Positions 20,326 through 30,087 of a stretch of 64,000 bases of DNA are shown here, piece by piece. The translations under genes and the position numbers were made by a program. Source of the stretch: Spirochaetales bacterium (GTDB lineage: Bacteria > Spirochaetota > Spirochaetia > UBA9216); contig JAEKNX010000014.1 in NCBI GenBank assembly GCA_016839055.1, positions 68,051 to 132,050 of the forward strand, read 5' to 3'. Each line of letters opens with the position of its first letter. Within the stretch, counting starts at the first letter, position 1. The notes beneath the pieces are model-generated. The model saw nothing but the letters and a program-made list of their open reading frames with translations. It ran no database searches and had not been told where the DNA came from.

Positions 20326-21339
20326 ATGTATATGAACAAAGATGATTTGATTGTCATCACGGGAGCAGGCGGATTTATCGCGGGAGCTCTTGTGAAATAT
20401 TTCAAGGGAAAGGGATTCACCAACCTTAGAGCCGTAGACAAGAAACCGCTCTACCAGTGGTACCAGCTTGTCGAGGGAGCCGAAAGCCTCTGTCTGGACG
20501 TGAGTGAATACGCAAACTGTGTCCGCGCTGTCGAGAACGCAAAAGAAGTGTACAACCTGGCGGCCGACATGGGCGGAATGGGGTTTATTGAAAAAAACCG
20601 CGTGGAATGTCTTCGGTCAATCCTCATAAATACAAATATGATAGAGGCGGCCTACAATGCCGGCGTCGACAGATACTTTTATTCGTCCAGCGCTTGCGTC
20701 TACAATACCGATCTCCAGAAAAATCCGAATGTAATAGCGCTTAAAGAATCTGACGCCTACCCTGCCATGGCCGAACGCGGATACGGCTGGGAAAAACTTC
20801 TGTCCGAGATGTTCTGTGAAGAATATGCGGCAGAACGCGGAATGAAGACTTTCATAGCCCGTTTCCATAATGTCTACGGCCCATACGGAACATGGGACGG
20901 CGGACGCGAGAAGGCTCCAGCCGCGATGTGCCGAAAAGTAATCGAGTCAAAAGACCAGGCTTCAGGAGAAATTGAAATATGGGGAGACGGCTCCCAGACA
21001 AGAAGCTATATGTATATCGACGATTGCACTAGGGGAATCGATATGATAACCCATTGCGATGAGCTGGTGGCTAGGGCTATCAACCTCGGATCATCGGAAC
21101 TTGTTTCGGTAAATAAGCTGGTTAGCATTGTCGAAGAAGTCTCCGGCATTAAAGTAGAGCGAACCTACGACCCCGACGCTCCAAAGGGCGTTGCCGGCAG
21201 AAACAGCGATAACGCCTTCATCAAGAAGATCCTCAATTGGGAGCCGTCAACTCCGCTCAAAGACGGGCTCGCAAAAACCTACAGCTGGATCAATGGCCAG
21301 TACGAGGACAGGAAGGCCGGGAAGAGGACAGTCAGTTAA
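20326..21339 (+). CDS. NAD-dependent epimerase of the GDP-mannose 3,5-epimerase (GME) family.
   Basis: ITGAGGFIA Rossmann motif. The blocks NLAADMGGMGFI, YSSSACVY, LKESDAYPA, RFHNVYGPYGTWDGGREKAPAAMCRK, WGDGSQTRS and GVAGRNSDNAFIKK match GDP-mannose 3,5-epimerases (recalled from memory of plant and bacterial GME). RBS AGGAGG. Confidence 0.6.
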   Translation: MYMNKDDLIVITGAGGFIAGALVKYFKGKGFTNLRAVDKKPLYQWYQLVEGAESLCLDVSEYANCVRAVENAKEVYNLAADMGGMGFIEKNRVECLRSILINTNMIEAAYNAGVDRYFYSSSACVYNTDLQKNPNVIALKESDAYPAMAERGYGWEKLLSEMFCEEYAAERGMKTFIARFHNVYGPYGTWDGGREKAPAAMCRKVIESKDQASGEIEIWGDGSQTRSYMYIDDCTRGIDMITHCDELVARAINLGSSELVSVNKLVSIVEEVSGIKVERTYDPDAPKGVAGRNSDNAFIKKILNWEPSTPLKDGLAKTYSWINGQYEDRKAGKRTVS

Positions 21340-21342
21340 CCC

Positions 21343-22125
21343 ATGACTGATGTAATAGGAAAAATTCCATACCGGATGGCTTTAGCGGGCGGCTGGATAG
21401 ACCAGCCGTTCGTCTCCGCCCACAATCCGGACCCAGACGGCTCGATGGTGGTCGTAAGCCTTATTCCGGAGTTCCCGTTCATGGACCGCTGCGGTATGGC
21501 TACCAGTTCAAGAAAGGTCGCCGAGCGGATATGGAGCAAAACTCTGCCTGCGGGCTCTACTGAAAAACTTGTCAGGCTGCTTTACGAGGAAGAAAACGGC
21601 AGCAATACTGAACCCTCGGGATCTCAGGATATGATCGGCATTATCTACCCGGGAATCAGCAGACTGGATTATTCAATAAATAATGAAGGCGGGTATTTCC
21701 CCGTCAACATTGAATCATGCAACGACCGAAAAACTGCAGCATGGCTTGAGCGGAACATCAATGTGATTCCCATTGCCCAGAGGCCTAACGGATATAATCC
21801 GCTTGAGATAAAGAATCTCGATCCTGAGTGGATCAGCAGACTGGGAAAATCAGGAAGGGACTGCTATGACGCAATTTTAGACCATGACAGGCCGGCACTG
21901 GGCAGATCGATGAACGACAGCATGCTGTGCTGGGAGACGATCCTGCCCGGGACTGTTGTGCATCCATCTCTCACCGTCGATCTGAGGGCGATACTCTCCC
22001 ACTATCAGGAAAGGTATGACGGGGCAATGTTCTCAGGCTGCGGAGGAGGTTATCTCTACGTGGTCTCGGAAGAAGATGTCCCCGGAGGAAGCAGGGTGAA
22101 GGTTAGAACCGAGGATCCCAGGTGA
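21343..22125 (+). CDS. Divergent GHMP-kinase-like protein (sugar kinase fold); the ATP-binding motif looks degenerate.
   Basis: The N-terminus RMALAGGWIDQPF resembles the HddA/fucokinase R.S.AGGGTD motif. The C-terminal FSGCGGGYLYVV matches the GHMP C-terminal glycine-rich motif. The central PxGSGLGSS motif is not recognisable. Confidence 0.35.
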   Translation: MTDVIGKIPYRMALAGGWIDQPFVSAHNPDPDGSMVVVSLIPEFPFMDRCGMATSSRKVAERIWSKTLPAGSTEKLVRLLYEEENGSNTEPSGSQDMIGIIYPGISRLDYSINNEGGYFPVNIESCNDRKTAAWLERNINVIPIAQRPNGYNPLEIKNLDPEWISRLGKSGRDCYDAILDHDRPALGRSMNDSMLCWETILPGTVVHPSLTVDLRAILSHYQERYDGAMFSGCGGGYLYVVSEEDVPGGSRVKVRTEDPR

Positions 22126-22952
22126 TGAAAAAGACAGCAGTCAGCGGAAGCTTTGATGATATCCGATTGGCAGATCTGAAATTCCTGAAGGCGGCAGCCG
22201 AAACGGGGAAGGTGCGCCTCCGTCTATGGACCGATGAGATGCACCGGAGCGTCTACGGCAAGTCCCCCAAGTTCTGCTTGTCGGAACGGCTGTATTTCAC
22301 CGAGTCGCTAATCTATGTTGATGAGGTGACTCCCGTCGGCGGGATATTTGACCCCGACCGCCTTCCGGAGACCAAAGACACCAACATCTGGTTCATAAGG
22401 TCGGAAGATGATTGCCCTGAAAAAAGAGCTTTCTGCGCCGAAAATAACATTGATTTCAGAATCTATAATCCCGCAGCGGAAAGACTTCCGGAAGCTGAGA
22501 CAACCGAGGCCGTCGGAGAATCCGGGAGTACAGATTCACCCGGAAAGAAAATAATTGTCACAGGCTGCTATGACTATTTCCATACCGGCCACATAAGATT
22601 CTTCGAAGAGGCATCTGAATACGGGAAACTCAAGGTCGTAATAGGAAGCGACAAAAATGTTTCGCTGCTCAAGGGCGAGGGCCACCCCCACTACAGCGAG
22701 GACGAGAGGCTCTTCATGGTCCGGTCAATTAAATTCGTCGAGGAGGCCTGCATCTCGACAGGCTCGGGCTGGATGGATGCCGAACCCGAGATAGAAAGAC
22801 TCAGGCCGGATATCTATGTAGTAAATGAAGACGGCGACAAGCCCGAAAAACGTGAGTTCTGCGAAAAACACAACCTGCAGTATCTCATCCTTAAAAGAGT
22901 CCCGAAAGACGGACTCCCCCCGAGAACCAGCACCAATCTCAGAGGCTTCTGA
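22122..22952 (+). CDS. Protein with two cytidylyltransferase-like (HxGH nucleotidyltransferase) domains.
   Basis: The second domain has a canonical VTGCYDYFHTGHIRF motif and the first a degenerate VSGSFDDIRLADLKF. This is a tandem CT-fold arrangement as in ECT/RfaE-type enzymes. ATGA overlap with the upstream gene. Confidence 0.5.
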   Translation: MMKKTAVSGSFDDIRLADLKFLKAAAETGKVRLRLWTDEMHRSVYGKSPKFCLSERLYFTESLIYVDEVTPVGGIFDPDRLPETKDTNIWFIRSEDDCPEKRAFCAENNIDFRIYNPAAERLPEAETTEAVGESGSTDSPGKKIIVTGCYDYFHTGHIRFFEEASEYGKLKVVIGSDKNVSLLKGEGHPHYSEDERLFMVRSIKFVEEACISTGSGWMDAEPEIERLRPDIYVVNEDGDKPEKREFCEKHNLQYLILKRVPKDGLPPRTSTNLRGF

Positions 22953-23069
22953 GAAAAAAGCTAACGGCAAGTGATGGTAAAGAGACATTCCGGTTTGCCT
23001 TATATTTTTCAGCCTGATTAAAAACAATACTGTTGTTGATAAATTTTATGTTATTATGAATTAATAATT

Positions 23070-25889
23070 ATGAAAATTATAAAGAAAACGTTTAACAATT
23101 CATCATGGAACCGCTCGATTCTGCATGTCATCCTAGGCCTGCTCATCGGATGTGTCATGATAGTCATTTCTCACAAGACTATCCTGCTCGATAATTTCGA
23201 AAAGCTTTTATATGACTCCTTGTTCTTTCTGCGGGAACAAACGACCGAAGAAATAGTATCGGGAGAAAAGAATCAGTACATTCCGAAGGACATAGTTTTC
23301 ACGGCTATCGATGATGAATCCATAGCCGTTCTCGGAAAATGGCCATGGCCGAGGAATATCCATGGACAACTGCTTGAGAATCTAGAGCGCTTTGGAATTC
23401 AGTCTGCATTTTTTGATATTCTATTTGCAAACCCGGAGCAGATGCCAGACAGTCTGCGTGAAAGCATAGGGGATGACGTAAAGCTCCTTGCCATCATCGA
23501 GGCGCATTATGACAAAATGGATAATATCTTTGCCGAGGTCCTCGGCGAATCGGATAACGACTTCATTGCATCAAAACTGACTCTCGAAGAAACCAGCCCG
23601 GCCGACAGCCGTCAGGCCGCGATGCATCGGAGGCTGGAATCCATTCCGGCTCCCGCCGAAACTGAAGTACTTTTCAAGGGTGTTCTACCGCTATGGCCCC
23701 CCTTCGTAAATTCTGCTCAGCCCCTGATTGTCAATCAGTATCTCGACAGCGACGGCACGGTCAGATCCTGTCCGCTATTATTCCCTTATAATAACCACGA
23801 AAACGAGCCCCGGTACTATCTCTCGGCTGCATTGTCTCTGGTAATAGACTACCTCAGGGCTGAACCCGAAGATATAGAGATAGCCGACAGGTATTTGATA
23901 ATCCATAACGCGAAGATTCCGGCAGTCGATAAAAAGACGGGAACATTCCGCCTTTTCAGGATGGACATCGACTCTCTTGAAAGTGATATTCTTGACGATC
24001 AGGATAATTTTAATACGAACCTGTATAATTTTCTTTTAAACGAATACGGTTATTTTTATCCTGACAGCGACATGCCTGCCCTGCCGCTTCCTGTCAGACT
24101 GGAAAAGACAGGAAACGGATTCAAACTGCTCGAAGGCCGCGAGATCATAGAGGCGGCCAAAACCCTGGGCGTCAGGAATATCTCCGTTATCCTATATGAG
24201 GCCGGTGACTTTAAAATTTCTCATAGACTTCACAGTTCAGGCAATCCATTCACCTTCCTGATAAATTATGCCGGAAGTGAGCAGGTCCGCTATAAAAATC
24301 CATATACAAATGCTATTGAAGTTCATTCTCCGGTTACGACGGTCTCTTATGCCGATATAGCAGATGGAGGGCTTCCAGAGCTTCCAGATCTGACTAGTAA
24401 TTCTATTGCGTCACTCTCTCTTGATAAGTACAAAACCTGGTTCACCAGCTACTGCAGAAAACTTGGAATAGAACAGGATCAGAACCTTCTTCCTGAAGAT
24501 ATCTTCGATGGCCTGCAGGCCGAATACTCAAAAAAATTCAGAACCCTGTACGGAACTCATGTATTCATAGGCTATCAGTCCAGGGGGGTAACCTACGATA
24601 TTCTCCAGACTCCCTATGATACAATGTTTGGAACACATGTTCTTATTAATGCCGTCAGCACAATTATATCAGGTAATCAACTTCACCCCCTTCCTCTATT
24701 TCAGGAAATTCTTCTTGTTCTGCTTCTCGGCGCTGCCTCAGCATTTCTATACAGTCGGTTCCCGCTGAAATTAAGGGGAATAATCTTCGCCTCAGAGATG
24801 ATCCTGCTCTACTTTGCTTGTTACATTCTCTTTGCCAGGTTCAATAGGATTGTAAATATGAGTCTCATCCTGTCGTCACAGACTCTGTTATTCGTGAGTT
24901 CTACCCTTCTAATGCTGCTCTTTGAAGAAAAAGATAAAAGATTTTATCAATCGACCTTTTCGCGATATTTATCACCCGAGGTCATCGAAGCCCTGTATAA
25001 ATCGGGCGAGCACCCGAGACTGGGCGGCGAATCTCAGACAATCACGGCATTCTTTTCAGATATTGAAGGTTTTACAACAATCTCCGAGGCCATGGAACCG
25101 AAAATGCTCGTTGATTTTCTCAACACATATCTTTCCGCCATGACAAAGATAATATCCGAAAACCAGGGCACTCTCGATAAATACATAGGAGACGCTATTG
25201 TTGCATTCTTCGGGGCGCCGTATCACTATGACGACACCCCCTTGAAAGCCGTTACCACAGCCCTGCTTCTCCAGCGGCGGCTTGAGGAATTGAAAAAAGT
25301 ATGGGCCGACATGGAGGCGCCATGGCCGCAGGCCGCAGGCAACCTGAGAATGCGGATAGGCTTGAACACAGGCAATATAATAACCGGCAACATAGGCTCC
25401 TATTTGAGGATGGATTATACAATGATAGGGGATGATGTAAATCTCGCATCACGCCTTGAATCTGCCGCAAAGCAATACGGGTTATACACCCTTATGAGCG
25501 AGAAAACCTATTTGCACGAGTTTATCTGTAATGACGGAAAACTCCGCTGCGTCAGAGACTTCGTCCATGCCAGGTTTATCGACCGTATTATTGTCATGGG
25601 AAGGTCGAAGCCGGTGAATATCTATGAACCGCTATACTTCACCTTGGAGGAGAACAAACCGCTCGAGAATCTCATAAACAATTTCTCAGCCGGAATGAAT
25701 AAGTACCGGCTGATGAATTGGACGGGGGCTATAACGGAATTTGAAAAATCGGCAGGTTTCGAAATAGAGAGCTCTTCCGGAATAAACCCGAGTCTCAAGT
25801 ATATAGACAGATGCAGACATTATCAGGAGGATCCGCCCGCAGAAAAAGACGGTAAATGGGACGGAGTCTTCACCTTAAAAAACAAATAA
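23070..25889 (+). CDS. Class III adenylate/guanylate cyclase with N-terminal CHASE2 sensor and TM region.
   Basis: CHASE2-like periplasmic domain, then TM helices, then the cyclase core (FFSDIEGFTTISE...IGLNTGNIITGNIG). Confidence 0.7.
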   Translation: MKIIKKTFNNSSWNRSILHVILGLLIGCVMIVISHKTILLDNFEKLLYDSLFFLREQTTEEIVSGEKNQYIPKDIVFTAIDDESIAVLGKWPWPRNIHGQLLENLERFGIQSAFFDILFANPEQMPDSLRESIGDDVKLLAIIEAHYDKMDNIFAEVLGESDNDFIASKLTLEETSPADSRQAAMHRRLESIPAPAETEVLFKGVLPLWPPFVNSAQPLIVNQYLDSDGTVRSCPLLFPYNNHENEPRYYLSAALSLVIDYLRAEPEDIEIADRYLIIHNAKIPAVDKKTGTFRLFRMDIDSLESDILDDQDNFNTNLYNFLLNEYGYFYPDSDMPALPLPVRLEKTGNGFKLLEGREIIEAAKTLGVRNISVILYEAGDFKISHRLHSSGNPFTFLINYAGSEQVRYKNPYTNAIEVHSPVTTVSYADIADGGLPELPDLTSNSIASLSLDKYKTWFTSYCRKLGIEQDQNLLPEDIFDGLQAEYSKKFRTLYGTHVFIGYQSRGVTYDILQTPYDTMFGTHVLINAVSTIISGNQLHPLPLFQEILLVLLLGAASAFLYSRFPLKLRGIIFASEMILLYFACYILFARFNRIVNMSLILSSQTLLFVSSTLLMLLFEEKDKRFYQSTFSRYLSPEVIEALYKSGEHPRLGGESQTITAFFSDIEGFTTISEAMEPKMLVDFLNTYLSAMTKIISENQGTLDKYIGDAIVAFFGAPYHYDDTPLKAVTTALLLQRRLEELKKVWADMEAPWPQAAGNLRMRIGLNTGNIITGNIGSYLRMDYTMIGDDVNLASRLESAAKQYGLYTLMSEKTYLHEFICNDGKLRCVRDFVHARFIDRIIVMGRSKPVNIYEPLYFTLEENKPLENLINNFSAGMNKYRLMNWTGAITEFEKSAGFEIESSSGINPSLKYIDRCRHYQEDPPAEKDGKWDGVFTLKNK

Positions 25890-25905
25890 AATATGGAGGA
25901 GAAAA

Positions 25906-26934
25906 ATGCCTGTCAATAAACGAAATTTAATAATCATCCTTTCAGCCGCGGCCCTGGTTATCGCTATCTGTGTTACAGGGATGATAATGCTTCAGAACAG
26001 AGAAATGCTGATTGTCCGCTCACCTCTGCTGTTCAGACAGACTCCGATAATTACCTTTGTGGAAGGAGAATGTTTTTATCGGGAAAATGACAATAGTGAC
26101 TGGCTCGAAGCTGAGGCCGGCAGCAAGATCAAACTCGGATTCCAGGTAAAGACCCAACGCTCATCCAAGATAGATATCCGGCTACACAAGGATACTGTTG
26201 TAAGGATAACCGAAAACTCTTTACTGACTATTAATGATTTAACATTAAAAACACTTAGCCTCAACCTCGAAAAAGGTCAACTATATGGACGATTTCATCG
26301 CATATTCAAAGATCAATCGCTTAACATAAGGACTCCAACAACAATAGCTGCAGTAAGGGGAACAAAGCTGGCCTTTGAGATTAAAGAGTCGGGAAGCAGT
26401 ATGTATACCGACGTCTTCTCATTGGACGGGATTACCGAGATTATAAACCCGGAGCTGCCCGAGAAACCTCTCCTTTTATCTCTACAGAGAAAAACCAGAG
26501 TCAGTGCCGGCAACCAGCCGACGACGCCTGCAGAACTGGATGATAAGGAAATAGACCGTCTGACCAAAATAATCAATGCAATCAATGAGGATCAAGTCCT
26601 CCTGATTACAAACCAGATCCAGTTTGCTCCCAATACCGCCGAGATGACATCCGAAGCCATCCCGGAACTAGAGAAAGCTGCAAGCCTGATTAAATCACAG
26701 AGAAAAAAGAGCATCCTTATAACCGGGCACACTGCGGCAGTAGGAACTCCGGACGCAATGTACCGGCTGTCAATAGACAGAGCACTGGCAGTAAAAAACT
26801 ATCTCGTTGAAAACGGGATTAATGAATCCTCACTTGAAATAGTCGGATTCGGCGGAGAAAAGCCAATAGCCGACAACGACACCCCCGAAGGCAGAGCTTT
26901 AAACAGGAGGGTCGAGTTCCACTTCAACGAGTAA
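25906..26934 (+). CDS. FecR-domain / OmpA-like C-terminal domain protein.
   Basis: C-terminal OmpA motif ILITGHTAAVGTPDAMYRLSIDRALAVKNYL...NRRVEF. An N-terminal TM segment and a FecR-like beta domain. Confidence 0.6.
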   Translation: MPVNKRNLIIILSAAALVIAICVTGMIMLQNREMLIVRSPLLFRQTPIITFVEGECFYRENDNSDWLEAEAGSKIKLGFQVKTQRSSKIDIRLHKDTVVRITENSLLTINDLTLKTLSLNLEKGQLYGRFHRIFKDQSLNIRTPTTIAAVRGTKLAFEIKESGSSMYTDVFSLDGITEIINPELPEKPLLLSLQRKTRVSAGNQPTTPAELDDKEIDRLTKIINAINEDQVLLITNQIQFAPNTAEMTSEAIPELEKAASLIKSQRKKSILITGHTAAVGTPDAMYRLSIDRALAVKNYLVENGINESSLEIVGFGGEKPIADNDTPEGRALNRRVEFHFNE

Positions 26935-27697
26935 GAAAATCAGAAAGATGCTGTCGAAAGACCTCGGGCTGCTCAGTATGTACCCAGTGGCCCGAGTTTT
27001 CTATGGTCTTCACCTCAAAGGCCGGGAACAGGCTTTCTATTAAGTCAAAATGCTTATCCTGAACAAAATCTGACTCACTACCCCTTAAAAAAAGGACCGG
27101 TCCGCCGTAGCTCCGTCCGTTCTCTATGGCCTTCCAGATATTCTCATAATTTGAGGTTATACTATTAATATTAATTCTCCAGCGAAACTTTCCCGAGTCA
27201 TCCTTTCTTAAATTAGTAAGAAAAAACATCCGAAGACTTCTGTCGGGAATATATTTTTCAAGCTCCAACCCTGCCTCGGAGCGATTCTTAATTCCGTTAA
27301 GATTAATTTTTCCGAGAGAATTTATATAATCAGTGTAGGCTGGCTTGTACTCAATCGGCGCTATATCGGCCACAACCATGGAGCGAAGCCGCTCCGGAGC
27401 CCTGAGCGCCGCCTCCATTGCCGTCTTTCCGCCCATTGAGTGGCCTACAAGGCTGAACTCATCAATCCCGAGAGAGTCGGCAAGGCGCAGCAAATCATCG
27501 GCCATGAGCGGATAGTTCATCTCACTGCTATGAGGTGAGGCGCCGTGGTTACGCTGATCGACGGCTATACACCGAAGGCCTGCCTCTGAGAGGCTTCGGC
27601 AGGTTGATCCCCAGTTATCCGCGCTCCCGAGAAGTCCATGCAAAAAAAATACTGCAGGATTCTCCTGCAGTCCGTAATCTTTAACGTTTAGAATCAC
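26924..27697 (-). CDS. Alpha/beta hydrolase.
   Basis: HGLLGS and GHSMGG nucleophile elbow. Start trimmed to in-frame GTG 27697 (codon 28 of the track ORF) to limit overlap with the upstream ispH fusion. The start remains uncertain. Confidence 0.55.
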   Translation of the reverse strand: MILNVKDYGLQENPAVFFLHGLLGSADNWGSTCRSLSEAGLRCIAVDQRNHGASPHSSEMNYPLMADDLLRLADSLGIDEFSLVGHSMGGKTAMEAALRAPERLRSMVVADIAPIEYKPAYTDYINSLGKINLNGIKNRSEAGLELEKYIPDRSLRMFFLTNLRKDDSGKFRWRININSITSNYENIWKAIENGRSYGGPVLFLRGSESDFVQDKHFDLIESLFPAFEVKTIENSGHWVHTEQPEVFRQHLSDFLTR

Positions 27698-29360
27698 GTG
27701 GAAGCGGCTCCTTCTTATCAGCCTGGAGGGTTGGGATATCGCCCACGCCGTCGAGGATATAACCGGGCCTGTAGGCAAACCGGACCATTTCCTTTTCGTC
27801 AGTCACGCCGCTTAAAACCAGAACAGTCTCAATCTCCGATTCAATACCGGAAATAATATCGGTATCCATCCTGTCGCCGACAATGACAGTGTCCTCACGC
27901 TTTGCCTCGAGACGCTTCATAGCCTGACGCATCATCAGCGGATTGGGCTTGCCGACATAGTAGGCCTTGTTGCCGGTTGCAAGCTCTATAGGCGCCATAA
28001 GAGCGCCGGTCGCGGGGGTTATCCCGTTTTCAATAGGACCGGTTAGATCCGGGTTAGTACCTACCAGCTTCGCGCCCTGAACAACAAGATTTACCGCATG
28101 CTCGAGCATCTCCATATTATACGTCTTCGATTCCCCGACAACCACATAATCAGGATTAACATCATTCATCGTAAGACCTGCGTCATAGAGAGCGTTAATA
28201 AGCCCGGCTTCACCGATTACAAAGGCCGATCCGCCGGGCTGCTGCTGAGCGAGGAATCCAGCTGTAGCCAATGCACTTGTGTAGAAATGTTCTTTCTCTA
28301 CCTCAACTCCAAGCCGCGCGAGTTTCTGTTGTAGTTCAAGAGGGGATCTCTGGCTGCCGTTTGTCAGGAACAGAAATTTTTTATCTTCTTCTCTCAGCCA
28401 GGCTACGAATTCCTTTACTCCGGGAAGCAGTTTATTACCATGGTAAATCACCCCGTCCATATCACAGATAAATGCTTTTTTTGCTCTTAAATTCTTCATA
28501 TTAGCCTCTTTGTAAATATACTCTTCAACTTCTTCTATGATCCAGTCAGGTGTTGATGCCCCGGCTGTTATCCCGATTGTACTGTATTGAAAAACTTCCG
28601 GAGGAAGTTCATCCTTCGTCTCTATATGCCAGCAGGGAAGCCCCGCGTCGAGGGTTGTCGTGTACAGCCGCCTTGTATTGGCGCTGTTCTTTCCGCCGAT
28701 TATCACAATCGCTTCAGTTTGTTCTATAAGCTTCTGCAGGGAGCTCTGCCGCTTTCTGGCTGCAGGACATATTGTCATCCGCTCTTCCAACCTGATACCC
28801 TTCCCTGCGCATTTCTGCTGAAGAACCGAACAGACTCTAAGGAATTCGTCTTCCCTTATTGTTGTCTGGGCAATCACCAGAGTGTCCTTATTTAGATCAA
28901 GCATCTCCGCGTCTTCCGCCGTCCGGACTATATCCGAAGTCTCGGCATGCCCTGATAGTCCTTTTACCTCACCATGGTCCAGATCCCCGACAATTACGAC
29001 ATGCATTCCATTCTTCGATGCGGCGTCAACATGCTCCTGGGACTTAAGCACCCGAGGACAGGTTCCGTCGACAATCTCAACATTCATTCCCTCAAGCTTC
29101 TTTATTTCCTGAGGGGACACTCCATGAGCCCTTATTACGACAAAGCCGTCGGTGGCCTCTTCCGGACTGCCTATGATCTCTATCCCGCTTTCTTTCAATC
29201 GGTCAAGTACTGACGGATTATGGATAAGTGGACCGTAGGTGCTTATCCTATCATCAGGATGCTCAGCGCGCAGCTCTTCTATTGTATCCATCGCCCGGCG
29301 GACGCCCATACAGAAGCCCATTGTATCAGCTTTTATCAGTCTAAATTCTTTCATTTTCAT
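27681..29360 (-). CDS. ispH: IspH (4-hydroxy-3-methylbut-2-enyl diphosphate reductase) fused to a HAD-superfamily subfamily IIA (NagD-like) phosphatase.
   Basis: The N-terminal ~285 aa read MGFCMGVRRA...HNPSVLDRL...GTCPRVLKSQEHV, with the conserved LytB/IspH cysteines. The C-terminal ~265 aa begin ICDMDGVIYHG (DxDG motif) and continue ...LTNGSQRS...GKPNP...VGDRMDTDI (HAD-IIA). It is one continuous 559-codon ORF. Confidence 0.75.
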   Translation of the reverse strand: MKMKEFRLIKADTMGFCMGVRRAMDTIEELRAEHPDDRISTYGPLIHNPSVLDRLKESGIEIIGSPEEATDGFVVIRAHGVSPQEIKKLEGMNVEIVDGTCPRVLKSQEHVDAASKNGMHVVIVGDLDHGEVKGLSGHAETSDIVRTAEDAEMLDLNKDTLVIAQTTIREDEFLRVCSVLQQKCAGKGIRLEERMTICPAARKRQSSLQKLIEQTEAIVIIGGKNSANTRRLYTTTLDAGLPCWHIETKDELPPEVFQYSTIGITAGASTPDWIIEEVEEYIYKEANMKNLRAKKAFICDMDGVIYHGNKLLPGVKEFVAWLREEDKKFLFLTNGSQRSPLELQQKLARLGVEVEKEHFYTSALATAGFLAQQQPGGSAFVIGEAGLINALYDAGLTMNDVNPDYVVVGESKTYNMEMLEHAVNLVVQGAKLVGTNPDLTGPIENGITPATGALMAPIELATGNKAYYVGKPNPLMMRQAMKRLEAKREDTVIVGDRMDTDIISGIESEIETVLVLSGVTDEKEMVRFAYRPGYILDGVGDIPTLQADKKEPLPRDSKR

Positions 29361-29394
29361 ATTATACTATCCAGATATTTATTTTAAAAGAGCC

Positions 29395-30018
29395 TCATCT
29401 TTTAAAACTCAGTGTAAGACCGTGGCCGACCGGCAGGATACAGCTGAACAGCCTCGGGTCACTGAAAACCATCCTGTTATATTCATCAGTGAATCTTCCG
29501 AGGTTTGGCCTAACCCCCGACTCAACGCTAAACAGGGTATCATCTGCTACAAGAAGACCGCCGGCTTTAAGAAGCCCCACGAGCTGTTCATGCATCTTCG
29601 GATAGAGATACTTCCCGCAGTCCTGAAATATGAGATCAAAGCCCGGCTCAAGTTTCGCGGTTTCTTCCTCAGCATCACCGAAGATTGCAGTGACCTGCTC
29701 TGAAAACCCTGCATTCTGTAAATTCAGCAAGGCTTCATGATGCAGTCTTTCTTTAGAGTCGATGGTCACAAGACTGCCCCCGTTCTCTTTCAGCGCATCC
29801 ATAAACCACAGGGCAGAGCAGCCGTTGCTGGTTCCAAGCTCCAGGACCCTCCGGGCGGATATAAGATGAACCAGAAAGGACAGAAACCGTCCCGTTTCAG
29901 GTTCAACCGACGGCTGAATATCTCCCCGTCCCGAATTTTCAGAAAACAGTTTTCCGGGTTCCGGATTCACTGCGGTTATAAATGTTCTCAAGTATTCAAG
30001 CTTATCATTCATAATCAA
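29395..30018 (-). CDS. Class I SAM-dependent O-methyltransferase (caffeoyl-CoA OMT-like).
   Basis: VLELGTSNGCSALW SAM-binding motif. Overall OMT family 3 pattern. Confidence 0.7.
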   Translation of the reverse strand: MIMNDKLEYLRTFITAVNPEPGKLFSENSGRGDIQPSVEPETGRFLSFLVHLISARRVLELGTSNGCSALWFMDALKENGGSLVTIDSKERLHHEALLNLQNAGFSEQVTAIFGDAEEETAKLEPGFDLIFQDCGKYLYPKMHEQLVGLLKAGGLLVADDTLFSVESGVRPNLGRFTDEYNRMVFSDPRLFSCILPVGHGLTLSFKR

Positions 30019-30087
30019 ATTCTATACAATAAGTAACACTTTGGAAATATCCGCGTGTTATAATATTGTAGAAATATCAAAAACAGT

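Noticed and set aside
28098-29213. Several plus-strand ORFs (62 to 102 aa) and the 154-aa ORF at 29239..29703.
   Set aside because: They are antisense to ispH-HAD and to the O-methyltransferase. There are no RBSs and the peptides look unnatural.
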